Shown here: in pieces, positions 10,602-22,735 of the stretch
How the letters are laid out: each line of letters begins with the position of its first letter
Numbering within the stretch: position 1 is the stretch's first letter
Assembly (NCBI GenBank): GCA_051294375.1
Contig: CM119265.1
Location: 17,553,520-17,606,014 of the forward strand
Direction: 5' to 3'
DNA from: Paraspadella gotoi
Taxonomy: Eukaryota; Animalia; Chaetognatha
Length of the DNA: 52,495 nt
Made by a program: the position numbers and the translations under genes
The notes under the pieces: model-generated
Database searches by the model: none
Told to the model about the DNA's origin: nothing
What the model saw: only the letters and a program-made list of their open reading frames with translations

Positions 10602-11599
10602 ATATTACAGTCCACATTTACGTTCGTCGCCCCGTCTTTGTTATTTGATTATGACAAAGACAACGACGAAGACGACATGACGGTGACAGACAACAAAAAA
10701 CACAACACTGACGGTTCTCAATCACCGCAAAGTAGCAAAGTCTCTACCTCTATAGCAACTAGCGGGAACATCTTTCGATGGAAAAAAGACGGGAGGCTCG
10801 AGCAAACAAGGAGAAGGAAAAGCCGAAAGGCGGAATCCCGATCTGTTTTCTTGGGTAACGGAGTGGGTCAGGCCCAGCGACCTGGTCACCTCCCCCCTCT
10901 CCCTCCCCCTTCCCAATCATCTGCCCCCACCCCCTCTCTCCCTATTTCCTCTATCTTTCCGCACCCACCCCCCACCACCCCCCTCTCCCTCCCTTCCCAA
11001 TCCTCTACCCCCATCCACCTCTCTCCCTATTTTCCTCTATCTTTCCCCACCCTTTTTAAACAACAGACTGGCTGCAGCTCTCAAGGCATTGTTGTCTGCC
11101 TACCTAAGACAGCTTTGAGTGAGTAGTCCCTTTCAAGTCAAGTCAAATTCACCGCAAAAAGAAAAAAAACGATGTACGGTCTTTGAAGCTGCATTTAAAA
11201 GAGACTCTCAGAAGCCGCGCCAGGCGTCAGCGAGGCTGCCGATGCCGCCGCCGCTTCCCCCGCACAGCCGTTCGATGTCCAATATATCCGAAAATTTCCA
11301 TTTCTCGCTAGCAATCTTCATCGAGCTGACCGACTATCAGATATAACGTTAATAATAACTACCAATATTAAGTTGCGAACTCATATGCGGACCGATTTGG
11401 ATATTCTCTCTTCCGGAAAAATGATTAAAAAACTTAAAACCCGGCGTTTAATCCGCCCTCGATTTTTAAGTAAATCCTTACTTCCCAACTTGCTCCTCTC
11501 TTCCGGACTAACTTGACCCGAGGGAAGTTCGCCCTTTATCCACCTTCTTCCTCCCCCCCCCTAACCGCCAAATAAAAAAAGAAAATCGGAAGAACTTAC

Positions 11600-11850
11600 C
11601 TCGACAGTCGCGGATCGGTCGGCACGAGTTTTTTCCCCAGGGGCGCCTCGACCCAGACAACGACGAGACGAGTCTTCGGCCAGATTTCCGATCGTCTTCG
11701 TTAATCGATGAGACCCGCCCCTCCTCTCTTCCTCCTCTTTCTCCTCCTCCTCCTCCTTCCCGCTTTTTCCTCCCTCCTCACTGAACCAGAGGAGTGTCGC
11801 TGTCATTACTTTCCCCCCGGTGGCCGCCGACGGAGGAGTGGCGCTCGGGG
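11600..11850 (-). promoter_or_regulatory. Candidate GC-rich non-coding first exon with donor GAG|GTAAGT
   Basis: Perfect consensus donor at 11600/11599, retained in copy 2 (~42251). Same strand as, and upstream of, the pseudokinase gene in this arrangement. Confidence 0.3.
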
Positions 11851-11887
<37 letters not shown>

Positions 11888-12719
11888 TCTCTCTCTCTCT
11901 CTCTCTCTCTCTCGTCGTCTCTCTCTCTCTCTCTCTAGTAGTAAAAGGAGTCGTAAGCGTTTAAAAGGCTCGATAGCGTTATGGCGGACGGGGCGGCGAT
12001 CGGCCGCCCGGCCCGAGAGCGGGTTGGCGCCGCCTCCGATAACCGATTCCGATAGTTTTTCGGAAATGCTTTGATTTATCCTTTAGTAGAACGAGGGAAG
12101 GGAGGAGGGGACCAGAAAATAGGAGAGGGGGGGAAAAAATCTACACATTAGAAAAGCCATTCCGATATTATCGAACATTCCTCTCTCTTCTCGTCTCTCT
12201 TCTTATCTCTTCGTCTCTCTCTCTCTCTCTCTCTCTTCTCTTCTCTCTGCTCTCTCTCTCTTCTCTCTGTCTTCTCTCCTCTCTCTATCTCTCTCTCTCT
12301 GCTGCTCTGAATCGGGTCGGTGACGTCTCTTGAAACGTATCGGGACTCGATTTTCCGTATCGGCCTCGTCCTGCGTCGTCGTGCGTCCGTCGATCGTCGT
12401 CAGTCCCGACCGTCTCCTGACCTAATTTCGTTCCTGCTCATTTTCCGGCGACGCCGATTTCCAAGCGGCCTCGTCAGGTGTCGTCGGAATTCGTGCGGCG
12501 AAACGACGACCGCCTCGTTGGCTTTCTTTACTCTAATATCTCTCTGCTGTACAACGACGTGCGTTTGTAAAATGCGGCGCGTATCGCAGATTCGGGATCG
12601 GAGTGCGAGGGCGCGACCGACCTTGGCCCGCTTTCAGCTCTCACGCGTGACCGGGTTTAGAGACGGAACCCCTTGGCAGAAGACGACGAGGCTTTTTATC
12701 GACGTTTTACGAAGCCTCT

Positions 12720-13000
12720 TACTTTTCTTTCTTTATTTCGCTTTCTTTCTTTCTTTTTCGCCTTTCTTTCTTCTTTCTTTCTTCTTTCTTTTCTTTCTTT
12801 CTTTCTTTCTTCTTCTTTCTTCTTTCTTTCTTTCTCTTTCTGACTCTTTTTTGCCTTTCAATCTAATGCTTGTATGTATGTAATTTTCGTTTGGTCTAAT
12901 TTCTCTTCCTTTTACGTCTGTTGTATCTGTCTCTGCTAATGCTGTCTGTCTTTGCTTTCTGTCCTGTCTGTCTGGGCTGTCTGTTCTATCTTTCTGTCTG
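12720..13000. repeat. (TTTC)n followed by degenerate (TCTG)n simple repeats
   Basis: Directly visible; copy at ~43370-43650. Confidence 0.9.
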
Positions 13001-13129
13001 TCAAGAATAAAAAGAAGAAAGAATCTAGGGGAGGTGAACTCGAACGGCGGAAACCCGATCCGAGAGACACACGCGCGACACGCGCATTTCGCAGGTGTGC
13101 CACTCGTTAGGCGCTGGAGGGAGAATGGC

Positions 13130-13208
13130 GAGACGAAAATGGCGAAAACTTGCGGGCGAATCTGGCGGTGAATCTGCGGTGAATCTGCGCGAATCTGCGG
13201 CGAATCTC
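13130..13208. repeat. 11-bp tandem repeat GCGGYGAATCT
   Basis: About 5-6 imperfect units; copy at ~43800-43867. Confidence 0.85.
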
Positions 13209-13291
13209 CATCGATTTGAATTGATGATAAAGATCTTTGTCGAACGCCGCGTCCGTCTTGCGAACGGTTTAAGCCCTGAGAGAAGAGAGAG

Positions 13292-13324
<33 letters not shown>

Positions 13325-13418
13325 GAGAGAGAGAGAGAGAGAGAGAGAGAACTAGAGATAAAGATCAGGTATAAATCATGACGTGATCCATATTTATCTG
13401 CTCTTTCTCTCTATTCTC

Positions 13419-13467
<49 letters not shown>

Positions 13468-13732
13468 TCTCTCTCTATCTGCTCTCTTTGCTCTCTCCTC
13501 TCATATCTCTTCGCCTTTTCTCGCCGCGATCTTCGTCCGAGGCGGAATTCGCTTCCGGTTCGCAAATTCGAGGAGACGAAATGTGACATTAATTAAGGCC
13601 GATGGGAGGAGTTCCGAAGATCGTGACATTTTCCTTCAGCCGGGGTCACCTTCCACCATAAAATTATGCATACCATGAGGGGAGATGGAGTGGATGAGAA
13701 GATTGGGGGAAAGAAGGGTGGAAAATTAGGAG

Positions 13733-13781
<49 letters not shown>

Positions 13782-14918
13782 AGAGAAGAGTAGAGAGAGA
13801 GAGAGGAGAATAGAGAATAGAGAGAGAGAGAGAGTGAATGTGACGACGCTGTAAGAAATAACATAATCCTTGGCTGCGTATTAAAGTTTATAAAATTCGT
13901 TACAGTTTTACAACAATTAACGCGATTAATTTCCTCGATAGTCGAAAGGAATTTCTATCCGTGAACTGAGCTGAAATTGAAAGATTCCGATCAAAAATGG
14001 AAGGGAAAAAAGGATTTCGGCCACTTAATTATTTGGCTAATGAGATAAAAATTGTAATTCGATCGACGCCAAAACAATCGACCAATAAATTTTGTTAACT
14101 TTCAAGTATTCTATCTACCCCCTTGTTTGTAAACAAATAACTTTGTTTTCTCTAATAACTGAAACGCAAGCGAAAGAGATTTCTAAAAAGGTGAAAAATT
14201 TTAGTCATTTTCTAAACGAGACAAATGCAAATGTTTAAATTTGAGTAACATTAAAAATTTACCAAACCGCCTCAGTGGACTCGTGTAAAAAATGTTTTAT
14301 CATATTTTGTTTTTTTTTAAACTTTTTTCTCTCCATCTTTTTTTCGCTCTTCTTTCCTATCTCTAAAATTTCTTTCCTTTCCTCGCTGCGTCATCCGGCT
14401 GCTGTTATTGTTTACCACTGATTGTTTGATCGTCTCTTTTCTCCTTTTGAAAACGGGATAAATGTTTGCCTCATTTGTTTGTGCCGTGTTCTTACTTTTT
14501 GTTTCTCGGAAATGAGGCCGCCACTCGAGGCGCCTACTTACTTTCCTTTCCCTTTGTTTCAACTTTCTTCCGACTTTCTTTGTTCCCGTGAAATTCTTTT
14601 TCAATCGGTTGACGATTGTTAGAAAATGTATGTGAAAGAGAACTTCATATTTTACGAATATAGTCGCGACCCCCAAAAGTCCTTTCCCCGCTTTCTTCCA
14701 GCAAAAGACAAAAGACGGCGAAAACCCAAAAAGCCTCGATACGCGAAGGCATTAGCGTCGTTCTCTCCCAAATCACGTCTTTTTGCGTCCGCGAAAGACT
14801 CGGATGAGTTTTCCCCGCTTGTCACTAGTGGCGCGGTCGTCCGCACGCGTAGGTTACTTGTTCTGCTGAGGGAAGAACGAAGTTAGAAGAAACAAAAAGT
14901 GCGCAATGGACATGAACC

Positions 14919-15008
<90 letters not shown>

Positions 15009-15984
15009 AGAAAGTTTTAAGAACTCGTCAGATATTCATATTTCAATCTTTTGTTTTGGTGGCGTTTTAAACTGAACTAATTAAACAAAAGGCCAAGACA
15101 AGGCGAAAAACATCGGGACGGATTAACGAGGTAACGGCTCGTGACTTTTCTGTTCTCGCCTCTCTCTGCTCCTCTTCTCTCTCTCTCTCCCTCTCTCGCT
15201 CTTTCTCTCTTTTTGTTTTCTAATTCTCGTTCTGTTTTAGGGTCTTTGTCAAAAGTTGTTTGGGCGTCGGACGTCATTTGAAACGGTACAATTTAAGTTT
15301 ATGGAGACGACGGATCAGCGCTGACATCGCCAACAAAAACTCCTTTTTCGTCCGAGGATTGAGTTTCGTCTCTTCTCTTTCAACCCGGGTTCTTTCTGGT
15401 TCCCTGTTATTCTTTTCTTTTCTTTTTCCTCTTCCTCCTTGATTTCCTCTGCCTTTATTTTTTTTTTCGCTCGTCTTCCTCGCCCTGGTTCCTCTCGGTT
15501 CCTTCTTTTCTCTGTTCGCTTTTTCTCATCTCTAGTTCTACTACTTTTTCGAACTCCTTTAACTCACTTTTTTGTCCTCTTCCTCCATTCGGTTACATTC
15601 CTCGTTCCTCATCCACTCTCCACTTTTTCTCCTTTCTCCCTTTCCTTTTCTTCATACCTCCTTTTCCTCCTGCCTCCTTTTGAAAAAGTCGCTCGAAAGC
15701 CTATCAGCGCCTTTCGCGAAGGAAATGAGGATTTTTGGTGGCCATCTCAGAGAATGAAGGTGCGATTGGTTTCATTCGAGCTCCGACGTCCGTCGTTCGT
15801 CGTCGTCGTCGTCGTCGTCGTTGTTGTTACTAGAGAGCAAGAAAATTTTCACTGATTCTTATTCAAATACACGTATTGTACCGTGCCATTTCTATTAGTT
15901 AAACTGGCGATAATAAAATTTAATGCTGATTAATAAAGTAGGAATCAAGAAAGCCAACGATTCAAACGTGTCGGGTTTTTTCAA

Positions 15985-16076
15985 TGTCGTTGTCGTCGTC
16001 GTCGTCGACGTCGTCCTCGTCGTCGACGTCGTCGTCGTCGTCGTCGTCGTCGTTCGTCGTCGTCGTCGTCGTCGTC
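15985..16076. repeat. (GTC)n/(GAC)n trinucleotide tract
   Basis: Directly visible; related tracts at ~15790, 16240, 17640-17700, 30430, 43020, 48920 and 50335. Confidence 0.9.
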
Positions 16077-16819
16077 TGACTTCCACGAACCTCCAAATGG
16101 ACGTTGGTAAAGACTTCATGGAATTTTTCTTTCTCCCCATTCGGCGAAGTCATTTCGATGGCGGTTTCAGCGTCGTTGTTGTTGTTGCAATGCTGTTCTG
16201 AAACCGCAGATTAACGGAATCGTTTTTATCGTCGTTTGTCGTCGTCGTTGTCGTCGTCGCGACGGAGAAGACAAACGTCCTCGTCGGTGATTCAAGAAAA
16301 GTCTCCAGAGTCATCCAGTTTCGCTGCGTCGCGGATTCGTGGGTTCGACAGAGAAGGACTCGTTGATTCTCGTCAAAAGTTCCTTCGTTGCTCATGATTC
16401 CCTTACAACGTAGAAACCAACAGCGATATCGGTTTTATAAGATTCGACGATTACCTTAATTTAACTCCGTTTGCCGAAATTCTCAGCAGCCTCTCGGCCT
16501 ACTAAATTAAATGTACTGAGACGAATTTTCGAAGGCCTTTTCTAGTTGGCAACGATTGAATTCTTTATCTTTCGACGACATAGGCCTCGACTTTTGAGAC
16601 TTGTCACCGAAATGTTAGCTCCCTCTCATAAAAAATTATTTAGGCAAAAAGAGAAAAAAAAAAAAAAAATACTCTAATAGAGAGGGAGAAAAAAATCTTG
16701 AAGGAAATGACAGGAACAAAATCGAGAAAAAAAAATCGTTTTTGTTTATCTCTCTCTGCTCCGCGGCAAAGACTTCCGTCTCTATTTCTCTCTTTCTTTT
16801 TTTGGCGAAGGAATATTGA

Positions 16820-16906
<87 letters not shown>

Positions 16907-17445
16907 CACTTCCCTCATTCAAATTTTATGGGTTTGTCGCGAGCTCCGTGGTGTCGCCGGTGTCAGCGCGGCGCGCCGGCTTGCAACCCCCGCGTCGCCG
17001 GCGTCGGCGTGGCAACTCCCGGGGGCGCGAAGCCGGCGGACCCCGCACGCGCCTATTCGGCGTGGGACGTGAGGCCGCGACCGCGGGGTCCAGGACCCGA
17101 GCGGTGAGCCGCCCGGAAGCCCAAGACAAAATTGGACGCCAGTAACTCTCCCCCGTTCGCACATTTTTTAGGCTTTTGGGGTTACTTATCTATCTCTCTC
17201 TCTCCTCTCTCAATCTCTCTTCTCTCTCTCTCTCTCTCTCTCTCCTCTCTCTCTTCTCTCTCTCTCTCTCTCTTCTCTCTTCTTTCCTGTGTTTACTCAC
17301 AATTCAGGGTCAAGACACGGCCCAAAACTATTATTCATAATTTTTTTCATCCATTGACATGATAGGCATGTTGTTCTCCGTCATGTGGAACAAATGAAGG
17401 AAGAGAGAGAAGAGAGAGATGAGAGAAAGAGAGCAGAGAGAGAGA

Positions 17446-17488
<43 letters not shown>

Positions 17489-17829
17489 AGAGGGCTCCCA
17501 AAGTGCCTCTTTTCTCACAAGGACAATGGAGAGAGTTCCATCTCCGCTTCATCTGTCTGTACATCCGCCGATTCCGTCGTTCACATTATTAGTTTTTATA
17601 ATTTGATTTTTCATGCGTCCGGCGCTTAGGCCGACTGAGACGACGACGGACGACGACGACGAAGCATACGACGACGACGACGACGACGATTTGACGACTA
17701 ATAAAGACGTAGATAAAAGCGTTATTTCTCCCTTTATGACGAATTCAAACTTCTCAGGATCAATTACAAAACATAACTCGGTTTTAAGCGTACTCACTTC
17801 TTCTCTCTCTTTTTTTAAATTCTCTCTCT

Positions 17830-17879
<50 letters not shown>

Positions 17880-17883
17880 TCTA

Positions 17884-17942
<59 letters not shown>

Positions 17943-18049
17943 TCCTCCATCCCTCTCCCTGGGCCCTCGCTCGTCCTCCCCATAATTAGAGACATCGGGT
18001 CCTTCGGTCTCGCACCATTTTTTTTCAGCCTCCGAAAACATGATCATTA

Positions 18050-18177
18050 CTCCAGCTCTCCCGAAACGCAGCCGTAGACGGAGCGTGCGGCGCGCGGCTT
18101 CCGATCGACTCACTTCTCGCTTCCGGGCTTACTTCCGCTCGGATTCGCGGGAGATTTTCTCTCTCTCGATGGTGAGT
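18050..18177 (+). promoter_or_regulatory. Candidate CpG-rich promoter and first exon ending ATG|GTGAGT
   Basis: Repeated CTTCCG (ETS-like) motifs, pyrimidine tract TTTTCTCTCTCTCG, ATG at 18169-18171 followed by a consensus donor. No downstream exon identified. Confidence 0.3.
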
Positions 18178-18234
18178 CGGGCTTCTTACCGGTCGAAGCC
18201 GAGCGGATCGGGGCCGGATATCTCTCTCTCTCTC

Positions 18235-18266
<32 letters not shown>

Positions 18267-21200
18267 TGCTCTTGCCGTCTCTCTTCTTTCTTATCCTTTG
18301 TTTTTCTTTTAATGTTATTATTTGTCATTCCCTCTCTCTTTTAATTTCTCATAAATTATTTATAATTAAACTTGAAAAATTTAGTATTCATTTTTTGCGA
18401 CTCTCATGTAGTAATCAAAAGAAAACTACACTAAACTTTAAAACGACGTTTCTTCTTTTTCAAGCTGAATCCATACAACAATATATTCTTAAATTAGAAA
18501 AAAGCATTTTCAAATAACAAAATTGTTAACATTTGTAAAAAGAATCTTTTTATTAATTTGAGAAGTTAAAAGCTAACTAGGAATTTAAAAAAAATATGAA
18601 GTCGATACCACTTAGCTAGAGCTGACAATAGGCTGCATTTTTGCATACTGAAGACGCTTGTCGGATCAGGACACGGACAAATATCTCGCCTCAACGCGCA
18701 TTGCAGAGCCGGCGAATAACCACACAATCAGAGAGCTTAAACGAAAACGCCACAGACTTAAAAGATTTCCACAGCCCTCTGAAGATTGCAAACGTTTTTT
18801 AGTGTTTATTCTTGTAGATATTCAATGCTACAATGAATGACATTACAGTTTGTAAACAACTCAATTGTACCTTTCGCTTTCGACATGTATTTAACATTGT
18901 TATTGCTATCGAACTATTGTAAAAACCTATTTTGTATCCACAAACAAACCAAACGGATCAAGTGCTCGGGTAAAGTGTTGCTAATTGTTTCTTAATGGTC
19001 GCTTCGTAATTATCAAAAGATACATAAACTTTTAACTTGTGCCCCAAAAAGTTGCCCCTTTAATACTAGTGTTTTTTCTAAATTTAAACCTAAGTTTTAA
19101 TTGATGTGAATTTGTGAATATTAAAAGATGTAAAGAAAATCATAAAGTTGATGCCTCAAATTTCAAAGAACCTTCATTGGGCCTGCAGAAGATCAATTAC
19201 TAAAGGACATTTTAGAATTTGGAGTGGAAAATTGATAATGTCAGATATGCCACATTGTCGCGGTTTCAAAAAATAGAGCCACAACTTAAATCTCTATGTA
19301 AAGAGGTACTTCAGGAGAATATCTCCACCTTTTAATTACAGGAAATAACAAACAGAAAAATTATTACCTGTTATTTTGATTAACCTGCATTATAAATGGA
19401 TTAATTTAATTAAAGTAGTAGTAGTCGCTACGCCGGGAGGGCTGATTACAGTAGGATTCCAGACAAATGTTTTTGCACGGGCTTTTGTTTCTTCAACTTT
19501 GCTATCACTCCTGGTATTAAGCTTAAGGCGACCTCTCAAAACAGTACGGCACTACAGGAAGCTTTCTGAGACAAAAAGACAACCTTAAAAACCTGTGGCT
19601 TAGACTTTTTTGGAAAATTTTATATTTAGTCAATCGAATTAAAATTTAAATTAATGTAATTATATATATATATATATATATAAATATTGCGCTCCTGCGA
19701 AAATTAAAAATTAAAAAAAACATTTATTTAAAAATATTCACAGCTGCAAGCTCGAATTTTTGACTTCTAAACTTGTTTTAAAATTTTTCTACTCTTTACT
19801 AACAAAAATGCAAATAATATATATCATACTCATTTGCGATTCTCATTTTTATCCTTTATCATATTTTCAATTGTTTTCAGCATATTTAATCATTTATTGG
19901 CTTAGATATCTTTTTTATTAATATTAATATTTTAACCTCAAAATCTTAATATTAAAAAAAATTGTTGTCCTTAAATTTTTAATATTTTTTTCCTTCTTTT
20001 TCTTTCTTCTCTCATTTTTTATCTTTCTTTTCTTTCTTTTCCTTTTCTTTTTTTTTGACAACGTGAAATGACCCTTACAAATAATGTAATATTTTCAAAA
20101 AAGGCCTTATCTCTTTAAAAGAGACTCCCGCGATCGCGCGAAACCCATGATCGAACCGCTCGGAGGCATGAAGAGAAAGAGCCTCGGCCGGCTGTACGAG
20201 GTAAGAGAGAGATTAAAAGAGTAAGTCGCCGCGCAGCTTCCGATGCGGATTGGACTCTGCCGTCGGCGGATCCGGAGATAGGGAGAAGAAGAGAAGAGGA
20301 GTAAGATAGCCTGAGCGAGTAAGTCGAAGGCAGGGGAAAAAGCCGATCGGCCGCGCGCGGCTGCTCCCGACGGCGTGCCGCAGATTCGAGGCTTCTGAGT
20401 ATAGCCATGGAAACATTATGAGGTGAGAAGAATCTCCTATCTGGACTTATCGGGCGGCAGGAAGAGGAGGAGGATTAAGAAGGAGAAATAACGGAGGACC
20501 CAAGGGTCAAGTGGCACCTCTCACACACTCTCTCCTTCTCTCTCTGCTCTCTCTCTCTCTCCTCCTCTCTCCTCTCACTCTCTCTCTCTCTCTCTCTCTC
20601 TTTCCACCTTTTATTCCCGGCGGCTTTCTCCTTTAATCTTTCCATTCATCACCCGCGATTCTCGAGATTCTCAATCTCCTTTTGCTTCTCTCTTCCTCCT
20701 TTCCCATTTTTCTCCCCGCTCCTTTCCCTTTCTGCCTTTGTCCAGTTTTGTCTTCGCTACCTTTTCGCTCTTTGCTTTTACGCTCATTAGACTCAACTGT
20801 ATGACCCACACATTCCATCATCTCTCATGCGTGACTACCACAACCTACGCCCCTCTTCTCTCCCCTCTCCTCTACTCTCTCTCTCTCTCTCTCTCTTCTC
20901 TTCTCTCTCTCTCTCTCCTCTCTCTCCTATCCTTTGTCTCGCGTCACGCTCCCAAAGTTTTAGCCATAAAACAAGATTTGCGCCTCTTTTCTGTCGAACG
21001 ATGGACGCGCCAAGGCGCCCCGTTGCAGGCGGCTACGGAAGCGGCNNNNNNNNNNNNNNNNNNNNNNNNNNNNNNNNNNNNNNNNNNNNNNNNNNNNNNN
21101 NNNNNNNNNNNNNNNNNNNNNNNNNNNNNNNNNNNNNNNNNNNNNGCAGATCTGTGGTATATCGAATTCGGAAGAAGACTTGCCGAGGTTCAGAGTTTTT

Positions 21201-22653
21201 CCCATGTGAAGGGCTGGCCCGAGACTTTGAGGTGAGCAGGTGTATTATGCGGGGCTGTCTAGAGTGAAAAAGAGGTACAATCTTTGGAGCAACGGGAAGA
21301 TAGCGCAGGATGAAAGTTGAGGTAGGGCAAGATTAGAGTTGAGTCCTGGTAGCTTGCGTCCCCGGATATGTTCTTTTTTTTTTTTCTTGTAAAGATGGCG
21401 ATCTGGTCTGTGTATTAAGTGAAGAAATACTTAGTATTTTAATTGTCGTGGATGGAGGGTGAGGATCGTTCTATATTTTTGATGGAGCTTGCCCTGTAGT
21501 AAGTGGAGCAATGCTTAGTGGAAAAGCCGGGAGGAACGAATGCGAGATGAGATGTTCCAATAGCGTTTCCGACCTCCATGAAGGGGTCTGAGTATATCGA
21601 TTTACTCTTTATAACACTATACTTTAAAGTTAAAAAAATACTTCATGTTTCTTGTCAGGTGCAGGTAAGAATTTGACAAACTTAAAAATTGTTCCGAGGC
21701 TCAATGAGCAATTAGCGTTCACGAGTGTTATTTTTTTTTTGTGTGTTTATGTCATGTATCTATTAACAATAGCTTGTATCTCGCGTTCGGTTTGGTGGCG
21801 TTTCTTTCTCCCTATCGATATCCGTTCGCCCTCGCCGCAGGTCAGAGCCTTTGCCAAATTTCGCGCAGCGCGAAATAATATCGGGAAAGTGGGAGAGAGA
21901 GAGAGAGAGAGAGAGGATTGAGAAGAGAGAGAGAGAGGACTGCGTGAGAGAAATGGTGTATCAACCGAGCACTTCCGATTTCCAAAATGGGATCCCGCGT
22001 TTACACTTTTTAAAGTAGAAGAAAGCTTTTGACGGTCGAAAGACCCCGACGTTCAGTTTCCAGAGCGTTTGCTTTATAGATTTCTTCCCAATTTCTCTCC
22101 TTATTTACTCCCGTACTTTTGCAAAAATTAAAATTTAAATAAGAGAAACATTTACGGTTTAGACCTTAGGTTTCTCTTTTCGTCTCTCCTTTCTCCCTCC
22201 CATTGCGCTATTCCCCTTTTTCCTCTATCTCTCTCGCGTTTCCCCGAACGGCCGCTCGTCCTCGATCGCTCTCTCGAGCGCTTTAACTTTTTCTGCGCCT
22301 TTCAAAAAAAAAAAAAAAAAAAAAAGGTTGACCATAAAAGTCATAGTCCGATCAATCGAGCGAACCTAGCGGACGAAAGAGTGCGTGCTTACTCTCTCCC
22401 GTTCCCCTTTTTTTTTTTATCAAAATTTTTTTCGTTCGCCACCACATTTTTTTTTACTTTTTCTAGTTTGTGAGTGTTTAAAAAAAATTTCCGTAATAAG
22501 CAGATTCGTTTTTTTTTTTCCTGTGATGTTGTTTTCTCTGCCTGGTGAAAGCGGGTTATGGCCGGAACGACGAACCCTGGAAGAAAGACTAAAAATGTCC
22601 GCGGAACAGGAATCAGGGGTCGATCCATTTTTTATTGAATTGCGAAAGTAAGA

Positions 22654-22735
<82 letters not shown>

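Noticed and set aside
8251-18328. Many poly-L/I, (ER)n, (LS)n and poly-V/T/D ORFs
   Set aside because: Translations of ATT, GA/CT and GTC microsatellites.
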